Shown here piece after piece: positions 7,898 to 16,933 of a stretch of 56,177 bases of DNA. The DNA is from a virus. Each line of letters opens with the position of its first letter. Positions within the stretch are counted from its first letter, which is position 1. Under the pieces are notes generated by a model. The model did no database searches and was not told where the DNA came from. It saw only the letters and a program-made list of their open reading frames with translations. The DNA is taken from the IMG/VR virus record IMGVR_UViG_3300045988_073633, positions 1 to 56,177 of that record. One strand, 5' to 3'. The translations under genes and the position numbers were made by a program.

Positions 7898-8089
7898 AAA
7901 ATATATTTCGTCAATTTACGCTATTGGCAAATCAAGGGTGAATTTTGAATTTTTTTTGGAGCATAAAAAAGTGCCGACATCTTTTTTGAGATTTTTTCTG
8001 ATATTTGTAAAAATCCAAATTATTTTTATTTTTCTCAAAAAGTAAGGTTTTTGTATTTCAAAAAAATTTTAAAACAAAATTTAAATTAA

Positions 8090-8113
8090 GGGCAAGAATT
8101 AATTATCTTGCCC
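8090..8113. terminator. Bidirectional hairpin terminator between convergent operons
   Basis: GGGCAAGA-ATTAATTA-TCTTGCCC with T-rich flanks on both strands. Confidence 0.55.
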
Positions 8114-8251
8114 TCCTATATTTTTAGATGATAACGATAAAGCAATTATTCCATATGAATTGCTTGATCTTAATATATCTAAAAGTTTTTCTTTTGTCAT
8201 GTACTTGTTGGTTCTTTTAACGTATTCCAAAACTTTATCTATATTATCCAT
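8099..8251 (-). CDS. Small hypothetical protein (50 aa)
   Basis: ATGGATAA start/stop overlap with the upstream metallopeptidase ORF. Confidence 0.4.
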   Translation of the reverse strand: MDNIDKVLEYVKRTNKYMTKEKLLDILRSSNSYGIIALSLSSKNIGGQDN

Positions 8252-8603
8252 ACTTTTTACTCTCCATAAATCCACTCATTATATCATCAGCTAGATATAT
8301 GATATCTCTGCCATACAGTGATAAAAAATCTGCAACAATTTCTTCTGTTTCGATTGGAATTGTATAATCATATTCCATTGCATGAACGTGTGTTAATTCG
8401 TGGCACAATACTTTATCTGTCATATCTTTTGATAAACAGTTTGCTATTGTTACAGTTTTTGTGTTTCTATCTGTGACTCCCAATGTATATGTGCCGTCTG
8501 AACGCATTAATTCGCTTGTATTTGGATTTTTATATTGTATGTGCCAAATTGTACCATTGATGCTAAAAATCACCTGTATACCCCTTTCTTGAACAATTTC
8601 CAT
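8244..8603 (-). CDS. Small HExxH zinc metallopeptidase (ImmA/IrrE- or SprT-like)
   Basis: The CHELTHVHAMEYD motif in a 119-aa protein. Confidence 0.55.
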   Translation of the reverse strand: MEIVQERGIQVIFSINGTIWHIQYKNPNTSELMRSDGTYTLGVTDRNTKTVTIANCLSKDMTDKVLCHELTHVHAMEYDYTIPIETEEIVADFLSLYGRDIIYLADDIMSGFMESKKYG

Positions 8604-8659
8604 TTTGGAAATAGTTAATCAAAAACAGGCTATGAATATTTCTACTCATAGCCTATAAT

Positions 8660-9277
8660 CTACATTTTAGAAACAAGTGTACTTAACTTTGATTTTGTCA
8701 AGTTTTTTTCTTCCGGTGTCATATCAGAAATTAATTCCGTTATGTCTTCTGACAATTCACGCATATAAGTTTCCAGATCATGCATTTTTGCTTCCTTGTC
8801 CTGCTGCGTATTAGCCTTGTGTGCATCTCTTGTATCCATGTACGTTCTTCTGCTCATTCCACTCTTGCCTTCTCTGGAATCATGCATATGAGTAGGCTCT
8901 GTATAATACATACGTCCATATGGCTCTCTGTCCATATCCCTGTACATTTCAGGTGTCATATGCCACATAGGTTCATCGTAATTTCTACGATACGTTCCTC
9001 TTCCTTTTGGTGCAAATCTTCCATCTTCATACCGGTAATGATCGTAAAATCTCTTATCTCGTCCATATCTGTCAAACATCTTTAAGATTTCTTCATCTTC
9101 TGATTCATCCATAGTCTTGGTCAACGTCCGATAATACATAGCTTCCGCAAGGTCTTTTATCATGTCTATAACTTTTCCCATCTCGCAAGTATCAACACTT
9201 TCAATTCCCTTATCAAACTGTGATTTCGAACATTCAGTAAGTTTTTCAATCATATCATGCATTCTTTTAATATCCAT
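8660..9277 (-). CDS. R/Y/M/D-rich hypothetical protein
   Basis: ORF track. Low-complexity centre (RFYDHYRYEDGRF...MYRDMDREPYGRMYY). Confidence 0.5.
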   Translation of the reverse strand: MDIKRMHDMIEKLTECSKSQFDKGIESVDTCEMGKVIDMIKDLAEAMYYRTLTKTMDESEDEEILKMFDRYGRDKRFYDHYRYEDGRFAPKGRGTYRRNYDEPMWHMTPEMYRDMDREPYGRMYYTEPTHMHDSREGKSGMSRRTYMDTRDAHKANTQQDKEAKMHDLETYMRELSEDITELISDMTPEEKNLTKSKLSTLVSKM

Positions 9278-9278
9278 G

Positions 9279-9695
9279 TTATTTTGCCCCCTTTACTGTC
9301 GCAGATTGTGTAACAGGTGTACCACCACCATTAATCGCAGTTAAACGATTGTCTGGAGAACAGCATGGATTTCCGAGCATTCTAAACAATCCAGAATCGT
9401 TAGTTGTTTCAACGATTGTTGAATATCTTGTGCGTGTTCTAAGTCCACATGCCGTAACCTGTCTACAATTTTTCTTTACTAACGGATAAAGTACCGCTCC
9501 ACCGCCGATCGTAATATAAACAGGAGCATTGATTGTTGTTGCATCTGGTATTGACTGTGCTACAACAATACATACTTTTCTATTATTTGCGTAACTTCCG
9601 GCAGGTAAGTCAATAACAAGGTTTCCGCCTGTAAAAGTTACAGAATTTGAAATTATAAAATTGTCACATAAGTGACATACATTTCTACAACTCAT
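9279..9695 (-). CDS. Cys-rich hypothetical protein
   Basis: Met-13 of the tracked ORF follows SD AGGAGG. Starts MSCRNVCHLCDN. Confidence 0.5.
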   Translation of the reverse strand: MSCRNVCHLCDNFIISNSVTFTGGNLVIDLPAGSYANNRKVCIVVAQSIPDATTINAPVYITIGGGAVLYPLVKKNCRQVTACGLRTRTRYSTIVETTNDSGLFRMLGNPCCSPDNRLTAINGGGTPVTQSATVKGAK

Positions 9696-9744
9696 ATATA
9701 TACCTCCTAAAAGTAAAGGGCAGATTTTCACCTGCCCTTAAAAA

Positions 9745-9966
9745 TCAAACCTTTTGGCGAAAATCGGATAAAATATTAAGTATTTCATTCTGATTCTGAA
9801 TTATCTTATCAAGGTATTCCCTGTCTTGCTTCTGCAACTCTCTCAACAAATCATCGTTAGATGTCTGCATCTGGTCATTCTGATAACCGATCATTTGCAG
9901 GATTACAGAAAATACAGTAAGTGCATCAAGGTAAGGTAATCCGTTTGTGTTTTGATTGTTATTCAT
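9745..9966 (-). CDS. Hypothetical protein
   Basis: TAATG overlap with the upstream ORF. Starts MNNNQNTNG. Confidence 0.45.
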   Translation of the reverse strand: MNNNQNTNGLPYLDALTVFSVILQMIGYQNDQMQTSNDDLLRELQKQDREYLDKIIQNQNEILNILSDFRQKV

Positions 9967-10739
9967 TAACAACCACATCCGTTGTTGTATCCACACCCAT
10001 ATGCATATGCATTTGGATTAGGTACAACGTATGCCGGAATTGCAGTAGGATTTACTGCATTAATAATCTGGCTTGTCTGTGCAGTCATAGCAGTAGTTAG
10101 AATTGCATTCTGTCTATCCTGCGAAGCAGCTCTCCGAAGATCGCTGTTCTCTGCCTGCAATGTTGCAATCTTATCCTGACATAAGTAGTCTAAGATGCTA
10201 CGTGTGCTATCGGCAATTGCCTGTCTTGTCTGGCAAGCCTGTGTAGCCATGTTGTAATTTGTGTCTGCAAATCCACGTTCAATCTGTCTCTGTGTTTCAC
10301 AGCAGCATGAAGCGTTCTGCGCAGCCATATTAGTAAGTGTTGCCTGAATAGAGTTAGTATTCTGCATTCCACTTACAGTGTCGGCATTAATTGCCTGCTG
10401 GATGCCAAAACCAGTCTGCAGAATGTTGGTATTAATACCATTCATTCCATTCTGTACAGCATAGAATCCATCACATAAGCCGTTATTGATTCCATCCAGC
10501 TTAGAAATTACAGCTGAATTGTCAAATCCTCTCTGAATATCAGCCTGAGTAGCTGCAGTAGCGACATAACCGCCATTACCGCCAAAACCTCCGCCAAATC
10601 CATTATTCCCCCATCCAAACAACAGGGCGAATACAACGATGATCCATAACCAACCACCGTCTCCCCAGCCAGCACCAGAACCATAATTTGAGTTAGCAGG
10701 TGCAACCGGCATCATAAAAGGTGTATTTGATTCAAACAT
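9966..10739 (-). CDS. Gly/Trp-rich single-pass membrane protein with Cys clusters
   Basis: GGWLWIIVVFALLFGWGNNGFGGGFGG, two RGF(D/A) motifs, a CCC cluster and C-terminal GCGYNNGCGC. Confidence 0.55.
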   Translation of the reverse strand: MFESNTPFMMPVAPANSNYGSGAGWGDGGWLWIIVVFALLFGWGNNGFGGGFGGNGGYVATAATQADIQRGFDNSAVISKLDGINNGLCDGFYAVQNGMNGINTNILQTGFGIQQAINADTVSGMQNTNSIQATLTNMAAQNASCCCETQRQIERGFADTNYNMATQACQTRQAIADSTRSILDYLCQDKIATLQAENSDLRRAASQDRQNAILTTAMTAQTSQIINAVNPTAIPAYVVPNPNAYAYGCGYNNGCGC

Positions 10740-10791
10740 ACCATTTTACCTCCTAAAAAATTATATATACGTAATCTTGCAAGAATTAGTA

Positions 10792-11025
10792 TCACATTCC
10801 AAATTTTTGTTTATACGAATTGTATATTTCATCTGCATTTATTCCTTTTTCTTTGCAGAGATTTCTGGCCATCTGCTCAATTCCATTCATATCTCCTTTT
10901 TGAGCCATTTCAATTGTGTTTTTAGCCATAGGGTTTTGCATAATCTGACTGTTCCCCATTATGCTTTGCATGAATTGCTGAGGATTTCCATTTTTAGCCA
11001 TCTGTAAAATATTAAGTAGATTCAT
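10792..11025 (-). CDS. Q/M/N-rich small protein
   Basis: ORF track. Confidence 0.5.
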   Translation of the reverse strand: MNLLNILQMAKNGNPQQFMQSIMGNSQIMQNPMAKNTIEMAQKGDMNGIEQMARNLCKEKGINADEIYNSYKQKFGM

Positions 11026-11045
11026 TTTATATCCTCACTTTCTTT

Positions 11046-11546
11046 TTAATCTTGGACTAAATCTTGACTAATCTTTGACTTAGATGATGTTTTAGTTGTA
11101 GATTTAGTCAAAGATGATTCCAAACTACACAACTTTGTTTCTATCTCATCGAATCGTTTCATAATGCCCTCTGTAACCTCTTCTGATAGGCTTATTTTCG
11201 ATTCTGTAACAATGTTTGATGTATTTATACCATTACTGTTTGAAACCGGTTTAAAAACGGTTGTACGAATTGTGCCATCAGCATTCCATCCCTTTACATA
11301 TATTTCCGACAAATCCTGTTTAGGAAAAAATGCCATACTGCCATCCATAGGAACTTCATTAGCGTTAATATTATCAACTTCCTGTACGATTCTACCATTA
11401 ATGCCTGTTATCTGCTGTGGCATAGTTTGCTGAATCTGTTCCTGTGTCTGAAATCTTTGCATATTTGCCATAGGATTATACTGATAGGCACCATATTGCG
11501 GCAAATAATTATTCATTATAGGTGTCTGATAAGGATTGTTTACCAT
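11046..11546 (-). CDS. Hypothetical protein with a Q/N/P/Y-rich N-terminus
   Basis: ORF track, SD GAGGAGG. Confidence 0.5.
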   Translation of the reverse strand: MVNNPYQTPIMNNYLPQYGAYQYNPMANMQRFQTQEQIQQTMPQQITGINGRIVQEVDNINANEVPMDGSMAFFPKQDLSEIYVKGWNADGTIRTTVFKPVSNSNGINTSNIVTESKISLSEEVTEGIMKRFDEIETKLCSLESSLTKSTTKTSSKSKISQDLVQD

Positions 11547-11664
11547 AATTTTCCTCCTCTAAAACCTCTTCTATTGCGTGAATCACAGAAGATTGAGTCT
11601 GTAAATCTAATTTCTGTAATTCTTTTCGCATAAATATTTTTTCTAAAACTTCATCTGAAAACAT
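11521..11664 (-). CDS. Small hypothetical protein (47 aa), first gene of the cassette
   Basis: SD AAGGAGG 9 nt before the ATG. Overlaps the next start. Confidence 0.35.
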
Positions 11665-11698
11665 AAGAGCCAACCTCCTTATGATTAAATTTTTGCAT

Positions 11699-11773
11699 AA
11701 AAAAAGACGGTAAAACCGTCATGTTGCCGTCTTAAAACCGCCAATAAAGCAAAAAAAGAACGTAAAAACGTTC
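11699..11773 (-). terminator. Two tandem intrinsic terminators downstream of the tRNA-like attP core
   Basis: GAACGT-TTTT-ACGTTC+T7 and GACGG-TTTTA-CCGTC+T7 on the minus strand. Confidence 0.55.
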
Positions 11774-11804
11774 AAAATAAAACGTCCATATTAAGTATTA
11801 ATTT

Positions 11805-12030
11805 ACTACTTGATTACCTCGTTGATTACCTTTCATTTTTTGTCTATTTTAAGTGACAACATACAAGTCTCCTTTCCCTAGTATTTACAAGGCTTTCAGC
11901 GTTTCACTCTATATATATGTAAAGTGAGACACGGGGGATTCGAACCCATTTCCGAATCCCTATACCCATTGATTTTTCTTGATTTTTAAGTTTTGGTTTT
12001 GATTACCTTGATTACTTTTTGATTACTTAC
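11805..12030. other. Putative attP: tRNA-3'-end-like core flanked by arm-type repeats
   Basis: Minus strand reads GGGTTCGAATCCCCCGTGTCTCA (T-loop, T-stem, acceptor 3' half) at about 11925..11947. TTGATTAC(C/T)T occurs twice on one side and three times on the other, plus two TTGATTTTT, directly abutting int. Confidence 0.5.
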
Positions 12031-13250
12031 GCAGAAAAAGCACGTTCAATTATACGTTCTGCTTCTTCTTTGCTTTTATTGTTATAGTAATAAAAAGCTC
12101 TGGTAGTTTTAATATCTGTGTGCCCCATTTGGGATATTGTAATGTTGTCTGGAACACCTGCATCAATAAGATGCGTGCCATAAGTCATTCTGGCTTTATG
12201 AGCTGATCTGCGTTGGATTCCTAGATCATCACATATCCTGTATAATTTATCGGTGAATGCATGGCCATGCATTCTTTTCCCAGACTTACAGAATATATAT
12301 CCATTTTGAGATCCACTTATATTTTTTATTTTTTGTAACAACTCAATCGTTTTTTTGGTTATGATAATATTTCTATTTCCTGCATCTGTTTTCGGAAAGT
12401 CTCTAACTTCAAAAACATATTTTCCATTATTATCTTTATATCGTATCTCAGTCTTTGTAATTTTAATGGAATTTCCATCTATATCATTCCATTCTAAAGA
12501 TGATAACTCTCCTATTCTCATTCCTGTTTGGAACGATAAAAGTACTCCATATAAAAGCAATGATGGTTTTTGATTACATATGTAATCGGCGATCAAGTTT
12601 TCTTCCTCAGAAGTAAAAACTTTTAATCTATCGTCAATATATTTTTTTGTAAATATATTTTTCGATAAATCCAGATCACCCATAAAGCTTGTTATACTTA
12701 TTTTAGTATATCCTTTTTTCTTTCCATACTTAAAAATGCCATTAATCAATGTCCTAAGACCGCTCCAAGCCTTAGATGTAAGATTCATGGAATGAATAGT
12801 TGTTTTTATAAATTCTTCCAGCAAATCTTCTGTAATAAATCTGAATTCAATTTCTGAAATAAGAGTTTTTCGTATATATCTTTCATAATCGGTAGAATAT
12901 CTATCGTATGTTTGTCTTTGAATTTCTCCGTACTTCAGTTTGCTATCAATCCACATGTTGAATACATCCTCTATATAAGGCTCATTTGCCATATTCTTAT
13001 AATAATCAACAATTGCATTCTCAATAGAAGATTCATTTGTACGTTTCAAAAGTTTCCTTCCGGATTTCGTATGCTTATCAGGCAAATATGTATAATATCT
13101 TTCATCCTTCCCCTTCCAAATTTCGTAATTGTGTTGCTCCAAATACCTCTTTCGTTCGTTCATCTCAATTTGTTCTTGTATGTTGTCACGACTGATAATA
13201 CCATTTTCAATAGCGTAATTCAATAATTCTCGATCCGTTAATTCACACAT
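12027..13250 (-). CDS. int: Tyrosine integrase
   Basis: 407 aa. RIGE...HKARMTY...GH...Y catalytic pattern, adjacent to attP. Confidence 0.85.
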   Translation of the reverse strand: MCELTDRELLNYAIENGIISRDNIQEQIEMNERKRYLEQHNYEIWKGKDERYYTYLPDKHTKSGRKLLKRTNESSIENAIVDYYKNMANEPYIEDVFNMWIDSKLKYGEIQRQTYDRYSTDYERYIRKTLISEIEFRFITEDLLEEFIKTTIHSMNLTSKAWSGLRTLINGIFKYGKKKGYTKISITSFMGDLDLSKNIFTKKYIDDRLKVFTSEEENLIADYICNQKPSLLLYGVLLSFQTGMRIGELSSLEWNDIDGNSIKITKTEIRYKDNNGKYVFEVRDFPKTDAGNRNIIITKKTIELLQKIKNISGSQNGYIFCKSGKRMHGHAFTDKLYRICDDLGIQRRSAHKARMTYGTHLIDAGVPDNITISQMGHTDIKTTRAFYYYNNKSKEEAERIIERAFSA

Positions 13251-13458
13251 TATTTATCACCTCTAATCTTCTGATTTTTTCTTTAATGCACTGAATTCTT
13301 CTCTCCACTGTTCTAAGTGATAAACAAGTTTTAATTGCAATCTCTTTATTTGAAAAACCGCGGAAAAGAAATGTAAAAATCTGTTCTTCTTCCGCGGTAA
13401 AATTGGCGTTTAATCTAATTTCTTCAAGCTCTGGCTTAGTCAGTTTGGATAACTTCAT
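13243..13458 (-). CDS. Sigma-70 region-4/LuxR-type HTH regulator
   Basis: The segment FSNKEIAIKTCLSLRTVERRIQCIKEKI. Confidence 0.5.
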   Translation of the reverse strand: MKLSKLTKPELEEIRLNANFTAEEEQIFTFLFRGFSNKEIAIKTCLSLRTVERRIQCIKEKIRRLEVINNV

Positions 13459-14035
13459 AAGCCGTATTCTCCTTATTTCTACTGTTATGTATACTTTTTA
13501 ATAATATATCATAGTGCTTTTCGCATACTTTATATCCTTTTTTGGCTGTATATCCGCAGAAATAACATTTGCCGTTATAAACCCAGTCCATTTTTCTGTT
13601 TTTGTTTTCTTCTTTGTTTGGAAATCTATGTTTGGACAAATAGTCATTACGTTTAGCTCTGCATATAGAACATACAGTTTTCCCTTCTAAGGATTTCCTT
13701 TTGTGGCAAATTACACACATACCATTTTCTTTGTCTTCATAATATTTTTTCTTTTTTAACTCCTTATTCCTTTCTGCATTTTTCGCATAGTCATATTTTT
13801 TTTCTTTTGTTGAACAAATATGGCATATTTTCTCGTTTAGATATAATTCTCTTTTGTGGCATATAGGGCATATTCTAAGAGATTGATATGCTTTATAATC
13901 TTCTTTAGCCTTATTTGCTCTTTTCTCTTCACAGCAACTACAAAGAGTAAGGCCTTTTCTGCAGTCTTCAATCTCTCCACCACACAATACGCATAATCCT
14001 TTAGATTTTCGGTTATAATAAGTTACGTTCGACAT
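13436..14035 (-). CDS. Multi-zinc-ribbon basic protein (paralogue of 16934..17431)
   Basis: Met-21 follows SD AGGAGG. Repeated CxxC-N-CxxC units, C-terminal GKCYFCG...VCEKHY. Confidence 0.5.
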   Translation of the reverse strand: MSNVTYYNRKSKGLCVLCGGEIEDCRKGLTLCSCCEEKRANKAKEDYKAYQSLRICPICHKRELYLNEKICHICSTKEKKYDYAKNAERNKELKKKKYYEDKENGMCVICHKRKSLEGKTVCSICRAKRNDYLSKHRFPNKEENKNRKMDWVYNGKCYFCGYTAKKGYKVCEKHYDILLKSIHNSRNKENTAYEVIQTD

Positions 14036-14036
14036 A

Positions 14037-14234
14037 TTATTCAACCTCCTGAAAATTAGAAAGTATGCAATTTTCACACAATTGTTTCCCATCAAAATAA
14101 CGATACAATAACTCTACTTCCTCCTTACAACTGTCACAATAATAATGAGGTACATTCTGATTAGGGCAACTTTTGCCTATGCAAGGATAGCCGGCAGTTG
14201 CACAATCACAACAATCATTCTCATACATTACCAT
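14037..14234 (-). CDS. Small Cys-rich protein
   Basis: ORF track. Met-4 has the best SD spacing. Confidence 0.45.
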   Translation of the reverse strand: MVMYENDCCDCATAGYPCIGKSCPNQNVPHYYCDSCKEEVELLYRYFDGKQLCENCILSNFQEVE

Positions 14235-14778
14235 TATTATCATCCTTCCTAATAGCGTTCAAACGGTCTTTGTTGGAATATATTGTTTCAACTTCACCTA
14301 TTAATGCATTTGGTAGTTGCCTTTTTTCGTCCTCTCTAGCTGAATATTGCTCATACATCATTCGAAAATTAGCACGCTCAACAGAAAGATTCTCTGACAT
14401 ACATAATGTATCGTATCCTATCCTTTCCGCACATCTAAGTGCAATCCTATTATGCTCACCAATGTATGATATACCTTCTTGCTTTCGATACATTCCGAAT
14501 TTTCTAATCGAATCAAGAACCAATTCCCATGCTTCTCCCCAATCTGGAATATCACCGTAAACAATGCTAGATGCATATGCTCTTATATCTGCTATTGATG
14601 GTGACCATTTATTAAGTGCAACCCATTTATTAAGTGCTGCGCTGGCTACATCGTATGATAGGTCCTGTAATTGCATATACCACAATCCCATAGCCTGCTG
14701 ATTAATAAGCAACTTTTCTTCCCTTGAGTAATATGTCTTTAATGCCATTGCAAATTTACTAAATTCTTCCTTTGTCAT
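14221..14778 (-). CDS. Putative helicase-loader/replication accessory protein (G39P-like)
   Basis: Position after the replisome organizer. The similarity is recalled, not tested. Confidence 0.4.
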   Translation of the reverse strand: MTKEEFSKFAMALKTYYSREEKLLINQQAMGLWYMQLQDLSYDVASAALNKWVALNKWSPSIADIRAYASSIVYGDIPDWGEAWELVLDSIRKFGMYRKQEGISYIGEHNRIALRCAERIGYDTLCMSENLSVERANFRMMYEQYSAREDEKRQLPNALIGEVETIYSNKDRLNAIRKDDNNGNV

Positions 14779-14782
14779 ATCA

Positions 14783-15559
14783 TCACTCTCCATTCGCCCA
14801 TTCATTCATCATTGCATAAGAATCATTCATTGAGCTTTCGTTCGTATTAATCTTCTGATTAAGATAACTTTCAAACTTTGCTCCAAACAATGTTTCTGGT
14901 CTAAGATACTGTTCCCATTGAGTGCCTTTCCACTCTGCAAATTTCTTATCTACAACTTCCAACATATCAGATTCTGTAAATCCATCTTTAAGCCTTGCCC
15001 GGATATGCTTCTTCGTTGACGCGGTTTTGTAACTATAACGCGTTCCACACTTTGCGTTCAGATAATCAACCACATTTTTAACAATTTCCAGTTCGTTATC
15101 ATTATCAGGAATATCAATTATACGTGGCTCTGAAACACATTTATCGTCATATTCTGGCGGTTTTTCATCGTTTGCAATGCAATTCATAACCTTGTATAAA
15201 TAATCCCTAAATTCCGCACATTTAATGTGTTTAACAACACTCTCAACTCCGTTAAGCGTCTTAGGCGATTTTGACCAATTGTACTTATGCCAGTTCAAAA
15301 TCAATACTTCTTTAGTTTCAGAATTGAACCTGATCACATTATGTACCTTTTCAAATCGTTCAAGAAGTCTTATGCACGTATCTTTGTTATATCCTGTATC
15401 ATCAACCATTGACTTATAACTGATTTCATAGCATCCACATATATTCGTGTGCGGATTCGTCAGAAGATACAAGTAAAAATATTTGTCTTCTGGCGTAAAC
15501 TCATCTAAAACCTTATTGTCTGTCCAAAACGAAAGTTGTACATTTCTGTATATTGCCAT
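14783..15559 (-). CDS. Phage replisome organizer / replication initiation protein
   Basis: N-terminus FWTDNKV...YLYLLTNPHTN. The C-terminus VVDYLNAKCGTRY...RPETLFG.KFE matches the conserved phage C-terminal domain. Confidence 0.65.
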   Translation of the reverse strand: MAIYRNVQLSFWTDNKVLDEFTPEDKYFYLYLLTNPHTNICGCYEISYKSMVDDTGYNKDTCIRLLERFEKVHNVIRFNSETKEVLILNWHKYNWSKSPKTLNGVESVVKHIKCAEFRDYLYKVMNCIANDEKPPEYDDKCVSEPRIIDIPDNDNELEIVKNVVDYLNAKCGTRYSYKTASTKKHIRARLKDGFTESDMLEVVDKKFAEWKGTQWEQYLRPETLFGAKFESYLNQKINTNESSMNDSYAMMNEWANGE

Positions 15560-15602
15560 ATCATCATCTCCTATATTTCTTCAAGTTCCGTCTTGATGTA
15601 TT

Positions 15603-15893
15603 TTAATCAGCTTGAGGGCAATTTATTCTGAACAAGTTCCGCTCCTGCTTATACTTAATCCAACTGTCAATGTCCTCATCTGTAATCTCAAATACCTGTT
15701 TTAAAATCTCAATGCAAATTAATACATCAGCCATTTCCTCAATGATATTGTTTCGGTTATCTTTACCTCTTATCTCCTTGCTGATTGCCTGTGTAAGCTC
15801 TGATAATTCTTCCATGCATACCACAAGTTGCATTCCATTTCCATATGTATCAAGGCTTCTTGAGACTATTTCTTTGTTAATGTTGACTTCCAT
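15603..15893 (-). CDS. MazG-like pyrophosphohydrolase (second copy)
   Basis: The segment EELSELTQAISKE...IEEMADVLICIEIL. Confidence 0.6.
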   Translation of the reverse strand: MEVNINKEIVSRSLDTYGNGMQLVVCMEELSELTQAISKEIRGKDNRNNIIEEMADVLICIEILKQVFEITDEDIDSWIKYKQERNLFRINCPQAD

Positions 15894-15897
15894 CTTC

Positions 15898-16089
15898 TCA
15901 CCTCACCAAATCGTTGATATTAACCCTAAATCCGTCAAATTCCTTTCCTTTACTTCTAACATAGGCAGATGTATCAAAGAACATTAAGTTACCACTATTG
16001 TCCGTTGCCATACTCACACCATTTCTTGTAAGACTGCCTTTGAGTAGGTCAAGTAAAATCTGTATCTCCTGTTTTGTTTCGTCTTTCAT
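15898..16089 (-). CDS. Hypothetical protein
   Basis: ORF track. Confidence 0.4.
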   Translation of the reverse strand: MKDETKQEIQILLDLLKGSLTRNGVSMATDNSGNLMFFDTSAYVRSKGKEFDGFRVNINDLVR

Positions 16090-16871
16090 ACTGTATCTCC
16101 TATAAAATCAAATAAGTTCATCTGTGATGTCTCGGCTTTTACTCGGCTTTCAGCAATTTTATAATTTTTATCATCATTTTCAAATGCGATAAATTTTAAT
16201 CCGCAATTATGTGCCGCTATTGCAAAAGTTCCACTTCCTGCGAATGGATCCAAAAGTAGTTCACCATTTCTTGCAGATTGAGCAATCATATCCTCTGCAA
16301 TATCAAGCCGCTTTTGATTCGGGTGTTCTGTCCTTTCATTGCCTTGACAAATTGGTTTTACCCAAAAAGATTGCTTCTGTCCTTTCTCAATATTCCAATA
16401 ATGTTTAGCACCTGGCAACTTTGTGGCAAAAATGCAAAATTCAGTGCTAGACATATATCCAACCTTAAATATTTGAGGACAAGGATTGGTTTTGCACCAA
16501 ACCAATATGTTTCTAACATGGAATCCTATATCTTTAAGTATATATTCAATAAAAGATACTTCACTTCTAGGAACCCACATATACAGACTAGCACTGTCTT
16601 TCATAACTCTATACACTTCGGCAAAGACACTCTGAATAAAGCTGAAATACGCCTCATTATCTGCAAAGAAATCCCATTTGCCGTAATTGAAGTTGAGTTC
16701 TTTTTTATTTCCGTTCCTTTTTAATTCCTTGCTATCTATCACACTTCTATCAATAGACTTTTTTTGAGAAATATTATAAGGAATATCTGTCATTACAATA
16801 TCTACCATTTCATCATCTATTAATTTAAGTCCATCCCTGCAATCCATTTTATACAATCCATTTTCTAGCAT
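16086..16871 (-). CDS. DNA methyltransferase (beta-class N6A/N4C)
   Basis: DIPY motif IV is N-terminal to the AdoMet motif LDPFAGSGT. Met-15 is the likely start. Confidence 0.8.
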   Translation of the reverse strand: MLENGLYKMDCRDGLKLIDDEMVDIVMTDIPYNISQKKSIDRSVIDSKELKRNGNKKELNFNYGKWDFFADNEAYFSFIQSVFAEVYRVMKDSASLYMWVPRSEVSFIEYILKDIGFHVRNILVWCKTNPCPQIFKVGYMSSTEFCIFATKLPGAKHYWNIEKGQKQSFWVKPICQGNERTEHPNQKRLDIAEDMIAQSARNGELLLDPFAGSGTFAIAAHNCGLKFIAFENDDKNYKIAESRVKAETSQMNLFDFIGDTV

Positions 16872-16933
16872 TTTAATCCACCAAAAGGAAACCTCGGTTT
16901 TATGTCCGGACAACCTATTCCTTTCTTTGATTT

